The notes under the pieces are model-generated. The model saw only the letters and a list, made by a program, of their open reading frames with translations, was not told the DNA's origin and searched no databases. Positions 10,629 to 20,882 of a stretch of 64,000 nucleotides of DNA are shown here, in pieces (the stretch's first letter is position 1; each line of letters begins with the position of its first letter). The position numbers and the translations under genes were made by a program. Origin of the DNA: Gammaproteobacteria bacterium (GTDB taxonomy: Bacteria; Pseudomonadota; Gammaproteobacteria; CAJXQU01). The DNA lies in NCBI GenBank assembly GCA_965238175.1, contig CBDEGZ010000003.1, positions 96,001-160,000 on the forward strand. The letters are read 5' to 3'.

Positions 10629-11199
10629 GATGTCTCACGGATACCTTTTTTATCTGGTTGGACCTTCTGGTGCTGGAAAAGATAGCCTAATCAATTATGC
10701 CAGAGAACATATTTCTGAAGGCAATAAAAAAGTCGTTTTTGCACACCGATATATTACCCGAGCACCCGTGCTACAAGGTGAAAATCATGTCTATTTGAGT
10801 GAACGAGAATATGATAAACGGCTTCAAGATGGCTTATTTGCGATGCATTGGAAAAGCCATGATTATGCATATGCTATTGGTATCGAAATCAATGCCTGGT
10901 TAGCAAAAGGTATGAATGTTGTAGTCAATGGGTCACGTGCCTATCTGCACACAGCCTTGACACTTTACCAACAGATGAGGATTATTGAAGTCAGTGTCTC
11001 AAATGATGTACTTCGACAGCGTCTGACTCTGAGAAATCGTGAAACACCTGAACAAATCGTACAACGCCTCAATCGTCAGATTCTCATTACTGAATGCCCG
11101 AACAAATTTGTGATTGAAAATAACGGTTTATTAGAAGAGGCTGGTAATCGATTGCTCGATTTCATCATTGATAACAATGCCTCCACTCAATGCGCCTAA
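10621..11199 (+). CDS. phnN: Ribose 1,5-bisphosphokinase PhnN
   Basis: VGPSGAGKDS, FAHRYITR, VVNGSR. Confidence 0.92.
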   Translation: MSKMSHGYLFYLVGPSGAGKDSLINYAREHISEGNKKVVFAHRYITRAPVLQGENHVYLSEREYDKRLQDGLFAMHWKSHDYAYAIGIEINAWLAKGMNVVVNGSRAYLHTALTLYQQMRIIEVSVSNDVLRQRLTLRNRETPEQIVQRLNRQILITECPNKFVIENNGLLEEAGNRLLDFIIDNNASTQCA

Positions 11200-11945
11200 C
11201 TTTTCTTGGAACAGGAAGTGCTGGTGGTGTACCTCTTTACGGCTGCCATTGTTCGGCTTGTGCACGGGCATTAGTACTTAAAGATCACATTCGTAAACCC
11301 TGCTCGGTATTAGTAGAAACTGAAAATACCCGCATTCTAATTGATGCAGGCTTAACAGATTTGCATGAGCGATTTCTACCAGAAAGCCTGGATGCAATCC
11401 TGCTAACTCATTTCCATGTAGATCATGTACAGGGATTGTTTCATTTACGCTGGGGTGTAGGGCATCAAATCCCTGTTTATACATCTGATGATGAGGAAGG
11501 TTGTGCGGATCTCTACAAATATCCCGGAATACTCGAATTTCATAAAGTCCCCATTTTCAAGCCATTTATGATCGAAGATATTCAGATTGTCCCTGTTCCG
11601 CTAATGCACTCAAAACCAACCAACGGTTATGTCATTTCTAAGAGTGGTATAAACACCGCTTACCTTACCGATACAAAAGGACTACAAACTGAAACGACAG
11701 ATTATCTGCAACAACATCCAGTGAAGACATTAATTCTTGATTGTACATACTCACCTAAACATACTGTGCCTAGTAATCACAATAACCTGGCCACTGCACT
11801 AGACACAATACAATCAGTATCTCCTATCGAAACTTATCTGACACATATTAGCCACGAATTTGATAACTGGTTGATAGAAGATCACGCAAAGACAATACCT
11901 GATAATGTAACAATAGCTCGTGATGAAACTTCAATCAGTCTATAA
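11190..11945 (+). CDS. phnP: Cyclic phosphodiesterase PhnP (MBL fold)
   Basis: GVPLYGCHCSAC, THFHVDHVQGLF, LRWG, HSK, YLTDT, NHN, THISH. Confidence 0.93.
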   Translation: MRLTFLGTGSAGGVPLYGCHCSACARALVLKDHIRKPCSVLVETENTRILIDAGLTDLHERFLPESLDAILLTHFHVDHVQGLFHLRWGVGHQIPVYTSDDEEGCADLYKYPGILEFHKVPIFKPFMIEDIQIVPVPLMHSKPTNGYVISKSGINTAYLTDTKGLQTETTDYLQQHPVKTLILDCTYSPKHTVPSNHNNLATALDTIQSVSPIETYLTHISHEFDNWLIEDHAKTIPDNVTIARDETSISL

Positions 11946-11997
11946 AAACTAATAGTTTGAAATGAGTTGTTTAGTAATTTTTATTTAATGATCGTTT

Positions 11998-13254
11998 TTA
12001 GCCGCCAAAGATCAATTTCAGAATATAAAAGAAGATCACAGACAAGAAACCACCTACGGGTAAAGTGACAATCCAGGAAAGAAAAATATTCCGTACCACG
12101 GCAAGATCCAGTGCACCAATACCCCTAGCAATCCCAACACCTAATACTGCGCCAACGAGAGTGTGAGTTGTTGAGATTGGGATACCTGTTGCAGAAGCAA
12201 TTACGACAGTTGTCGCTGCTGCAAGTTCGCAACAAAATCCCCTGCTTGGAGTCAATTCTGTAATATTTTTACCCACTGTTGCAATAACTTTTCTGCCAAG
12301 CATGGCAAGACCAAGAACAATCCCTGCCGCACCGAGTAATAAGACCCATACAGGCAAGTTTGATTTTTGGCCAATTTCACCACCGCTATTAACAATACTA
12401 ACAACAGCAGCAACTGGACCAATGGCATTTGCTACATCATTTGAACCATGGGCAAAAGCCATGGCGCAGGCAGTGAAGATCATTAAAACAGCAAAAACAC
12501 GTTCTACATTAGCAAAATGGGATTTTTGATTTGCCGCTGGATCAATTTTGATTTTACGAACAAAGTAAGTACCAATTGCCATCGTGATAATACCAAAACA
12601 AATAGCAGCAAATATAGCCTGGAAGGATGTTATTTCGAGGCCAACATGTTTCAAACCTTTCAGTAAAGTGACAAGTGCAATTATAAAACCAACAAAGAAG
12701 ATGTATCCTGGGACATAGCGTTTGGCATTCTCGAAAGGTGTATCTGTTCCTAATACTAACTTTTGAACGCTCATAAAAAATCCAAATGCAATAGCACCTG
12801 ATAGTACCGGAGATACGACCCAACTAGCTGCTATTTTTCCAACTTTGCTCCATTGAACAGCATCCACACCAATGCCAACAATGGCAAAACCAACAAGGGC
12901 GCCTACAATGGAGTGGGTCGTTGAAACTGGCCAACCTCGACGAGAAGCGATTAGTAGCCAGGTACCTGCGGCAAGTAATGAAGCTAACATGCCATAGACA
13001 AGTAGTTCGGGGGTGCTCGCTAATAAATCGGCATCAATGATACCTTTGCGAATTGTGCGTGTGACTTGTCCTCCGGCAAGGAATGCACCTGCAAATTCGA
13101 AAATCGCTGCAATAATAATCGCTTTTTTGATTGTAAGTGCACCTGAACCAACAGATGTCGCCATCGCATTTGCAACATCGTTTGCACCAATTCCCCAAGC
13201 CATGAAAAGTCCAAAGACCCCTGCCAGGATCAATAAGATCATTGCATATTCCAT
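11998..13254 (-). CDS. pitA: PiT-family inorganic phosphate transporter
   Basis: GANDVANAM and HGSNDVANA PHO4 repeats, PVSTTH/PISTTH. Confidence 0.92.
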   Translation of the reverse strand: MEYAMILLILAGVFGLFMAWGIGANDVANAMATSVGSGALTIKKAIIIAAIFEFAGAFLAGGQVTRTIRKGIIDADLLASTPELLVYGMLASLLAAGTWLLIASRRGWPVSTTHSIVGALVGFAIVGIGVDAVQWSKVGKIAASWVVSPVLSGAIAFGFFMSVQKLVLGTDTPFENAKRYVPGYIFFVGFIIALVTLLKGLKHVGLEITSFQAIFAAICFGIITMAIGTYFVRKIKIDPAANQKSHFANVERVFAVLMIFTACAMAFAHGSNDVANAIGPVAAVVSIVNSGGEIGQKSNLPVWVLLLGAAGIVLGLAMLGRKVIATVGKNITELTPSRGFCCELAAATTVVIASATGIPISTTHTLVGAVLGVGIARGIGALDLAVVRNIFLSWIVTLPVGGFLSVIFFYILKLIFGG

Positions 13255-13273
13255 TGTATTCTCCTTATCCTTA

Positions 13274-13951
13274 TTATTGTCCGAGCATTAGTTGAAGGCG
13301 GTTTCCAACACGTTCCGCCCCATCAGCAACGTCTCCTGTTAAATCGATTATTTTGTATAGGAAAATTACATCAATGGGATTAAGATTTTTTTCAATATCA
13401 TAGAGTTTTGCCCTAATTTTGATCTGCATGAGATCGGTTTCATGTTCAATATCATCAATTTCACTCAGCATATCTTCGACGACATTGATAACGCCTTGAA
13501 CAAATCCACTCCCAACTAATTGATCTAGCTCGTTGATTGCAGTACATGCTTGCGTGCAGCAATCAATATTCCGTTTTACAAATAAGAGAAAGTCATCAGC
13601 TATGAGTTCGGGAATTTGCATTTGGCGGCCAAGCATCAAACCTGCAATATCTTTGGCCTTACCCGCTATTTTGTCTTGAATTTGTAAGACGTTGAGTAAA
13701 TCTGATCGAGATACTGGCATAAACATACGATTTGGCATCTGCGCGCGCAATTCGTTTTTTAAATCATCAGCTTCTCGTTCTAATGTTGCAATGGTCTCAT
13801 ACTGCTCTTCTAAGACAATAAGATCTTTTGCAAGTACAGCTTCGATACAAGGAACGAGTTCTTTAACACATGCATGCACCTTCTCCATGTGCTGCTGAAG
13901 AGGTTTTACTGGGGAACCACCAAAGATCCCACTGAGATAACTACTAGCCAC
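13274..13951 (-). CDS. DUF47/TIGR00153 PhoU-like Pit accessory protein
   Basis: IFGGSPVKPLQQH, LEREAD, MPVSRSDLL..QDKIA, IEHETD, DVADGAE; directly upstream of pit. Confidence 0.88.
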   Translation of the reverse strand: MASSYLSGIFGGSPVKPLQQHMEKVHACVKELVPCIEAVLAKDLIVLEEQYETIATLEREADDLKNELRAQMPNRMFMPVSRSDLLNVLQIQDKIAGKAKDIAGLMLGRQMQIPELIADDFLLFVKRNIDCCTQACTAINELDQLVGSGFVQGVINVVEDMLSEIDDIEHETDLMQIKIRAKLYDIEKNLNPIDVIFLYKIIDLTGDVADGAERVGNRLQLMLGQ

Positions 13952-13985
13952 AATTCACTCCATATTGAGTCCAACATAGGGAATT

Positions 13986-14014
13986 ATGACAGAAATATGA
14001 TGATTACATTACAA
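13986..14014 (-). promoter_or_regulatory. Pho-box-like array upstream of DUF47-pit
   Basis: Minus strand TTGTAAT-N4-TCATCAT-N4-CTGTCAT, 11-bp period. Confidence 0.6.
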
Positions 14015-14020
14015 CTTTAA

Positions 14021-14737
14021 CTATTCGTGAGAGATCTCTTTTCGCATATCTTCAATACTCGTGTGACGAACATCTTTTCCTTCAACAAGATAGATTACAT
14101 TTTCACAAATATTGTGTGCATGATCACCGATGCGTTCCAAAGCTCTGACTGCCCAAACTGCATCAAGTACGTGTGTGATACTACGAGGATCTTCCATCAT
14201 GTAGGTGATCAGCTGTCGTAATATGGCGCCGTACTCTTCATCTATTTTTTTATCTTGCGCTGCCACTTCAACGGCTTTGTGTGAATCCATTCGGGCAAAA
14301 ACATCAAGTGAATCATGCAACATTTTTTGCACGTTCTTGCCCATCGAAAGTATACTGACATAATAAGATTTTGGGCTTTCCTGTTCATTCATATGGATAA
14401 CCATCTTACCGATTTTCTCTATCTCGTCGCCGATGCGTTCAAGATCAGAAATAGTCTTGATAACCGCGAGAACCAGTCGGAGATCACCCGCTGCTGGCTG
14501 ACGTCTTGCCAGTACTTGCGTACATTCTTCATCGATGTCGACCTCCATTGAATTAACCAGATAATCACTGGCGGAGACACCTTCGGCCAGTTCAATATCA
14601 CGACGATCTAGTGCATCAAGTGATTTGGTTAATTGATCTTCAACAAGCCCTCCCATACTCATGACACGGGCTCTTAAATCTTCAAGTTCTTGATCAAATT
14701 GTTTTGAAATATGTTGAGGTAGTGATCGAGTTGCCAT
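14021..14737 (-). CDS. phoU: Phosphate signalling protein PhoU (copy 1)
   Basis: HISKQFDQELE, RRQPAAGDLR, DLERIGD, ALERIGDHAHNI. Confidence 0.95.
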   Translation of the reverse strand: MATRSLPQHISKQFDQELEDLRARVMSMGGLVEDQLTKSLDALDRRDIELAEGVSASDYLVNSMEVDIDEECTQVLARRQPAAGDLRLVLAVIKTISDLERIGDEIEKIGKMVIHMNEQESPKSYYVSILSMGKNVQKMLHDSLDVFARMDSHKAVEVAAQDKKIDEEYGAILRQLITYMMEDPRSITHVLDAVWAVRALERIGDHAHNICENVIYLVEGKDVRHTSIEDMRKEISHE

Positions 14738-14750
14738 ATATGAATTCCCC

Positions 14751-15590
14751 TTAACCGTAACGACCGGTTATGTAATCTTCGGTTTGTTTCTTTTGTGGGT
14801 TTGTGAAAACACCGCTGGTATCACCAAATTCAACCACATCACCAAGATACATAAAAGCCGTGTAGTCAGAAACACGCGCAGCCTGCTGCATGTTATGCGT
14901 GACAATAACAATGGTGTATTCATCTTTTAATTGATAGATCAGTTCTTCAATTTTTAAAGTCGATATAGGATCGAGTGCAGATGCAGGTTCATCAAGTAGA
15001 AGAACTTCAGGCTCTATGGCAATCGCTCTTGCGATAACCAGCCGTTGTTGCTGACCACCAGACAGACCAAGTGCATTATCATCTAATCGGTCTTTAACCT
15101 CCTCCCAGAGTGCGGCAGATTTTAATGATCGTTCAACGACTTGATCGAGGGTACGACGACTTTTCACACCTTGTAATCTTAAGCCATAGGCAACATTTTC
15201 ATAAATTGATTTTGGAAAAGGATTTGGTTTCTGAAACACCATGCCCACTCGACGACGAAGTTCAGCAACATTAACTCCCTTGTCATATATGTTGTCATCG
15301 TGCAGCAATATTTTTCCTTCTATTCTGGCAATGTCGATCAAATCATTCATTCGATTGAAACAGCGCAGTAATGTCGATTTTCCGCAACCACTTGGCCCGA
15401 TAAAAGCCGTTACTTTCTTTTCCGGGATCACCATGTCTATATCTTTCAGTGCAAGTTTATCGCCATAATACAAATTAAGCTTTTCTACACGCAGACATTC
15501 TTTTTCTTCATCCATAGACATGGTTTCATTTTTTGATCTCAGTGATGAAACGTCGACAGTATGGGTTAGTGGTTCATTTTGATTTTGCAT
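14751..15590 (-). CDS. pstB: Phosphate ABC ATPase PstB (copy 1)
   Basis: [34 protein letters not shown]. Confidence 0.96.
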   Translation of the reverse strand: MQNQNEPLTHTVDVSSLRSKNETMSMDEEKECLRVEKLNLYYGDKLALKDIDMVIPEKKVTAFIGPSGCGKSTLLRCFNRMNDLIDIARIEGKILLHDDNIYDKGVNVAELRRRVGMVFQKPNPFPKSIYENVAYGLRLQGVKSRRTLDQVVERSLKSAALWEEVKDRLDDNALGLSGGQQQRLVIARAIAIEPEVLLLDEPASALDPISTLKIEELIYQLKDEYTIVIVTHNMQQAARVSDYTAFMYLGDVVEFGDTSGVFTNPQKKQTEDYITGRYG

Positions 15591-15611
15591 AATTTTGATT
15601 TTACGTATTTC

Positions 15612-17288
15612 TTATTGCGCCGAAGAAATATACTTTTCTCTTAAGTGATTACGGATTTTAATCGCTGCGAAATTTAACGTGATAATTAGAACAACAAGTG
15701 CCAACGCTGTTGCATAAACTAGTGGTCTGGCAGCTTCAACATTAGGGCTTTGGAAACCTACATCGTAGATATGAAAACCCAAATGCATAAATTTACGATC
15801 AAGGTGTAAGAAAGGATAATTTGCATCTAATGCTAATGAAGGTGCTAGCTTTACAACCCCTACCATCATCAGTGGAGCAACTTCCCCTGCCGCACGCGCA
15901 ACTGCCAGGATCAAGCCAGTCATCATGGCGGGTGTTGCCATCGGTAAGACTGTTCGCCATAAAGTTTCAGCTTTAGTCGCACCAAGTGCAAGGCTACCTT
16001 CTCGAATTGCTCTTGGGATCCGTGATAAACCCTCTTCAGTCGCTACGATCACAACCGGCACTGTGAGTATTGCTAAGGTTAAAGACGACCACATTAAACC
16101 AGGTGTACCAAAGGTTGGTGAAGGAAGCGCTTCAGGGAAAAATAATTGATCAATATTCCCCCCTAGAAAGTAAACAAAAAAACCCAATCCAAATACACCA
16201 TAAACAACAGAGGGTACACCAGCAAGATTATTAACAGCAATACGAATAACGCGTGTGAGTGGGCCTTTGCTTGCATATTCATGTAAATAAATTGCAGCAA
16301 CAACGCCAAAAGGTGTGACAAGCACAGCCATAATCATAACCATTAATACGGTACCGAAAATTGCAGGGAAAATTCCACCCTCCGTATTAGCTTCTCTTGG
16401 ATCGTCAAAAATAAACTCACCCATTTTAGTAAAATAGAATTTTACTTTTTCCAACGTACCCATCTTGTTAGGTTTATAAATGCGCCGAACTTTTGAAATC
16501 GGTATTTCGACTTTTTTTCCATCGCTGGTTGACACTTGAATCGTGTCGCGATTAATTTCTTTGTAAAGATCTACAAGTTGATCTTGAAAGACTTTGTATT
16601 CTTTATCTAACTCAGTTCGTTTTTGATCGAGTAATTCATAAAGTCTTTTATCTTTTATTTCATCAAGTTCTAGACGGCGTTTGTCTAGACGTAATTGTTC
16701 AACTTTATGGTTGATACTGCCAATGAGATCTTTCTCAATGTGTTTGATCTGCTCAGAAATTTTTTGCTTATATTTGATGCTGGCTTGGACAGTTTCCCAA
16801 ATTGATTCCGGTTTTGAATTTGCATCAATAGAAGAACTATCAGAAAAGGAATTGAGGTATCCATAAAAATTCCCCCATTCTTCACGCTCAATAACAATGA
16901 CTTCAGAAGGGATGTTTTTTTTAGTTATTCCAGGATCAAGTATCCACTGAAAATCTAGACTACCCAGATCTCTATTACCACTTTTGATCAAATAGCGGTC
17001 AACCAGATCTGTGCCCTCGGGAATTTCCAAACCTTGATCACGCAACCGAACTGCTTGAACTGTTTCATGCTCAACAACTTCACCAACAATATTAATACTC
17101 TCGTTTCTATTTTGGTACTCAAACGAAACAATTTCACCCGGCCAAAACTGACCCAAACCTCTCGCTGCGATGAGTAACAAAAGGCCAGCAACCATGACCA
17201 GTGAAATACTCACTGCTCCTGCCGTTAGCCAAATCCAGGGCGTGCCACCTTTTATCCAATCAGTTAGTGATGAGAATGATAATTTCAT
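15612..17288 (-). CDS. pstA: Phosphate ABC permease PstA, long form (copy 1)
   Basis: PREANTEGGIFPAIFGT, NNLAGVPS, ARAAGEVAP; large periplasmic insertion. Confidence 0.93.
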   Translation of the reverse strand: MKLSFSSLTDWIKGGTPWIWLTAGAVSISLVMVAGLLLLIAARGLGQFWPGEIVSFEYQNRNESINIVGEVVEHETVQAVRLRDQGLEIPEGTDLVDRYLIKSGNRDLGSLDFQWILDPGITKKNIPSEVIVIEREEWGNFYGYLNSFSDSSSIDANSKPESIWETVQASIKYKQKISEQIKHIEKDLIGSINHKVEQLRLDKRRLELDEIKDKRLYELLDQKRTELDKEYKVFQDQLVDLYKEINRDTIQVSTSDGKKVEIPISKVRRIYKPNKMGTLEKVKFYFTKMGEFIFDDPREANTEGGIFPAIFGTVLMVMIMAVLVTPFGVVAAIYLHEYASKGPLTRVIRIAVNNLAGVPSVVYGVFGLGFFVYFLGGNIDQLFFPEALPSPTFGTPGLMWSSLTLAILTVPVVIVATEEGLSRIPRAIREGSLALGATKAETLWRTVLPMATPAMMTGLILAVARAAGEVAPLMMVGVVKLAPSLALDANYPFLHLDRKFMHLGFHIYDVGFQSPNVEAARPLVYATALALVVLIITLNFAAIKIRNHLREKYISSAQ

Positions 17289-17291
17289 ATC

Positions 17292-19574
17292 TTAAAGGCT
17301 ACTGTATTTTTCTCTTAATCGCTGACGAACAAGTTCAGCGATAGTGTTAAACATAAATGTTGCCATAAACAAGACTAATGCTGCCAGGAACAAGATTCGA
17401 TAGTGTGTACTGTCAACTTCCGACTCAGGCATTTCCACGGCAATATTTGCAGATAATGCTCGAAAACCTTGAAAGATATTGACGTCCATAATGGGCGTAT
17501 TACCTGTGGCCATTAAGACGATCATTGTCTCGCCAACTGCACGACCAAAACCGATCATTAATGCAGAGAAAATGCCCGGGCTGGCGGTTAACAAAACCAC
17601 ACGAATTAAGGTCTGCCAGCGCGTAGCACCTAGTGCTAATGAACCAACAGTAAGATGTTTCGGCACACTGAAAATCGCATCTTCACTGATAGAAAAAATA
17701 GTTGGAATTACTGCAAACCCCATAGCAATACCAACAACTAAGGAATTCCGTTGATCAAAATCTAGCCCGAGCGTATTAGCAACCCAGGCAGGCATGTCAT
17801 TATTGAAAAAGGTTGCTTCAATTGGGTGACTTAGGCTCATGGCAATTAAGCTGGAAATAATGACAACGGGTATCAATAAAGCAGCTTCCCAGCCATCGGA
17901 TATATTGTGGCGTATACGTGTTGGTAATTTTGTCCAGAAAAATGCAGCTAATAACACCGATGACGGGACTAATATGAAGATCAAAAACACACCGGGAAGA
18001 TTCTTTTCTACCAGTGGTGCTAACCATAAACCAGCAAGGAAGCCTAAAATGACAGTGGGTAATGCCTCCATGATCTCAATGCTAGGTTTGACCACATTAC
18101 GCATTTTTGGCGTCATAAAATAAGCGGTAAAGATCGCGCCAAAAATTGCTAAAGGAACCGCAAATAACATTGCATAAAAAGCAGCTTTTAAGGTACCGAA
18201 GGTAAGTGGAGTTAAGCTAAATTTCGGTTCAAAGTCATTACTTGCAGAAGAAGACTGCCAGATATATTCGGGCTGTTGTCTACTTTCATACCAAACTTTG
18301 CCCCAAAGTGAATTCCAGGATACCTCAGGATGTTCATTGTCGATATGCATGAAATGCATATCACCTGTAGTTGTCGTTGCCAGCAAAGCATTCGCTCTGG
18401 GAGAAACTGTCAGCAGGCGAATGTTTTGATCAAAAATTGATTTCACCAACAGTTTTCGATGAGCTGTTGTATGGAAAAGCCCGATGTTTCCACCCTCATC
18501 TGCCACAGCAAAACCTTTGCGAGAATGTTCTGGTGCAATTATTGAAATTGGTTTGTTACTTAATTTGAAGTCACGAACTTTTTTTATTTTGTACTTGTTA
18601 TTGTTATCTCTGACCGGAAACCATTGGCTTATTTTACCGTTAGAATCTCCGATTAAGATTGAAATTCCACCGGCCAGAAACTCAATTGCAGTTACTTTTT
18701 CATTTTCACTTACGACACCAATACGATCTATTAAGACTGGTTTATCTATATCTGATATTGAGAAGTAGATTAGATCGTTTTTGTCGGTAATGATGTATAG
18801 CTCATCTTGATCAACATCTAGTCTAAGCCACGTTATGTTTTCCCCCGGCAAATCAATCTCAGTTTGTTCTTTTTCGACCTCAACATCATTACCCAACATA
18901 GATTCTTCGGTGGTAAAACGCGTAAGTAATAGCCGATTATCTGCTGTGACTGCTACCACCGTGGTTTGGTCTTCACTATTTTGTGCAGATAATTTGACGA
19001 TAGATCGACCTTTCTCATCTAGCTCGACAGGATCTTCACCTAACGGAAATTCCAATTCTGGGGATATCTTACGCACATCGTTCGGAAAACTGATCTGGTA
19101 GACGTGTTTTGCGAGCAGCATAGAACCATTTTCTAGTCCTAACGCGATGATAGCTTGTGAAGGATCACCTTTGCTGACGGAGGTAATTTTTTGGGTTGCT
19201 TCTTGCAACGCAAGAAGGTTTTTTTGATTAAGAACAGTACCTTCTTTTAATGTAAAAAATGTAGCTTTACCCTGTAGATCAACACTCAAACCAATTTCAG
19301 CGTATTCCTCCGTCGTAATCAGTTCTGGCACATTGCCGAGAATTTCTGATGTATTGAGTTGGGATTTGGTTTCTATTTCTGCGCCTTTAAATAGAGGGAC
19401 GACAACATAGAACAAATAAAAGAAGATCAAGAGTATTGCGATAATAACGCTGATACCACCAAAGCCCATGGCCTGCCTAAACAAACGGTCTTTGAGATCT
19501 CGCCAACGTTGGCGTCGCAGGGTCGCAGGGTCATTACGTTTAGGCAAAATATGATCGGTGGAAGTATCAGTCAT
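17292..19574 (-). CDS. pstC: Phosphate ABC permease PstC, long form (copy 1)
   Basis: C-terminal permease (EIMEALPTV, GRAVGETMIV) preceded by a ~400-aa extracytoplasmic domain. Confidence 0.92.
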   Translation of the reverse strand: MTDTSTDHILPKRNDPATLRRQRWRDLKDRLFRQAMGFGGISVIIAILLIFFYLFYVVVPLFKGAEIETKSQLNTSEILGNVPELITTEEYAEIGLSVDLQGKATFFTLKEGTVLNQKNLLALQEATQKITSVSKGDPSQAIIALGLENGSMLLAKHVYQISFPNDVRKISPELEFPLGEDPVELDEKGRSIVKLSAQNSEDQTTVVAVTADNRLLLTRFTTEESMLGNDVEVEKEQTEIDLPGENITWLRLDVDQDELYIITDKNDLIYFSISDIDKPVLIDRIGVVSENEKVTAIEFLAGGISILIGDSNGKISQWFPVRDNNNKYKIKKVRDFKLSNKPISIIAPEHSRKGFAVADEGGNIGLFHTTAHRKLLVKSIFDQNIRLLTVSPRANALLATTTTGDMHFMHIDNEHPEVSWNSLWGKVWYESRQQPEYIWQSSSASNDFEPKFSLTPLTFGTLKAAFYAMLFAVPLAIFGAIFTAYFMTPKMRNVVKPSIEIMEALPTVILGFLAGLWLAPLVEKNLPGVFLIFILVPSSVLLAAFFWTKLPTRIRHNISDGWEAALLIPVVIISSLIAMSLSHPIEATFFNNDMPAWVANTLGLDFDQRNSLVVGIAMGFAVIPTIFSISEDAIFSVPKHLTVGSLALGATRWQTLIRVVLLTASPGIFSALMIGFGRAVGETMIVLMATGNTPIMDVNIFQGFRALSANIAVEMPESEVDSTHYRILFLAALVLFMATFMFNTIAELVRQRLREKYSSL

Positions 19575-19609
19575 AATATTTACTGGATGTTACACGAACT
19601 CTCACTTTT

Positions 19610-19634
19610 AAAAAAAGCCCCGCAAAAGCGGGGC
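19610..19634 (-). terminator. Rho-independent terminator/attenuator after pstS1
   Basis: GCCCCGC-TTTT-GCGGGGC followed by a T7 run on the minus strand. Confidence 0.85.
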
Positions 19635-19669
19635 AGATACTAAATTACACTAATTAACTAGAACTGCTT

Positions 19670-20644
19670 TTACTGACTTAATTCAAACAACGCTTCTTCT
19701 GCCACGACTGCAGGTAGAGGAATATATCCATCTTTGACAACCACTTCCTGACCTACTTTTGACAATATCATTTTAACAAATTCAAGCTCCAATGGTGAAA
19801 GTGATTTATTAGGATGTTTGTTTACGTAAACATATAAAAAACGACCTAAAGGATACTTACCCGTTACGGCATTTTCTGGCGTAGCATCGATAAATTCCCC
19901 ATCTGGTTTTTTAGTCAAAGGAACTGCACGCACACCCGAAGTTTTATAACCAATACCAGAATAACCGATACCGTTGACCGATTTAGTAATGCCTTGTACG
20001 ACAGAAGCAGAACCTGGTTGCTCATTCACAGAATCTTTATAGTCACCTTTGCAGAGTGCTTTCTTTTTGAAGTAACCATAAGTACCAGAAACGGAATTTC
20101 GTCCATATAGTTGGATAGGACGGTTAGCCCATTCACCCGTTAAACCTACGTCACCCCAGTTTGTAATGTCTGCATCGTGTTTACATTTTCGAGTTGCAGA
20201 AAAGATCGCATCCACTTGTGGAATAGATAAGCCTTTTACAGGGTTATCTTTGTTAACATAGACTGCAAGAGCATCGATTGCGACTGGAACAGCGGTAGCT
20301 TTATAGCCATGTTTTGCTTCAAAAGCCGCTGCTTCTTTGTCTTTCATTTTACGACTCATAGGGCCGAAATTTGAAGTACCTTCTGTTAGTGCAGGTGGTG
20401 CTGTTGAAGAACCAGCCGCTTGAATTTGGATATTAACGTTAGGGTATAAACGTTTAAATTCTTCACCCCAGAGCGTCATTAAGTTTGCTAGCGTATCAGA
20501 ACCGACACTAGAAACATTGCCCGATACACCACTCGCTTTTTGGTAATCCGGAAGTCCCGAATCCGCTTCAGCATAAGATCCCACCGGGATCATGAACGCA
20601 GCGGCAATTGCACTTGCTCTAAAGAAATTTTTATTGAAAAACAT
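19670..20644 (-). CDS. pstS: Phosphate-binding protein PstS (copy 1)
   Basis: Signal peptide, [35 protein letters not shown]. Confidence 0.95.
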   Translation of the reverse strand: MFFNKNFFRASAIAAAFMIPVGSYAEADSGLPDYQKASGVSGNVSSVGSDTLANLMTLWGEEFKRLYPNVNIQIQAAGSSTAPPALTEGTSNFGPMSRKMKDKEAAAFEAKHGYKATAVPVAIDALAVYVNKDNPVKGLSIPQVDAIFSATRKCKHDADITNWGDVGLTGEWANRPIQLYGRNSVSGTYGYFKKKALCKGDYKDSVNEQPGSASVVQGITKSVNGIGYSGIGYKTSGVRAVPLTKKPDGEFIDATPENAVTGKYPLGRFLYVYVNKHPNKSLSPLELEFVKMILSKVGQEVVVKDGYIPLPAVVAEEALFELSQ

Positions 20645-20685
20645 TTTATTACCTTCCTCAGGATGACTGTTAATGAATCACCGAC

Positions 20686-20741
20686 AGTATGATCAGGACA
20701 GGTAACAAGTTTGTTACAGAAATATTACAGCTTGATGACAA
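20686..20741 (-). promoter_or_regulatory. Four-repeat Pho-box array and -10 of pstS1
   Basis: Minus strand TTGTCAT-N4-CTGTAAT-N4-CTGTAAC-N4-TTGTTAC, then CATACT 10 bp downstream. Confidence 0.85.
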
Positions 20742-20882
20742 GCTGTGTTTTTATAATTAAAGGAAATTATTTAGGCCTATAGAACAGTTAGTTAACCTGA
20801 TGTGATGGTCTCCTCCCCCTAACGGCATCTAGGTGCCATGATTGAACTGACATACACACAATCAAAAGAGGAGAAGACCAAA

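Noticed and set aside
20793-20797. TAACC as part of the IS110 element because both copies share it
   Set aside because: It belongs to the IS982-type IR and its TSD; the empty site at 27565 contains it
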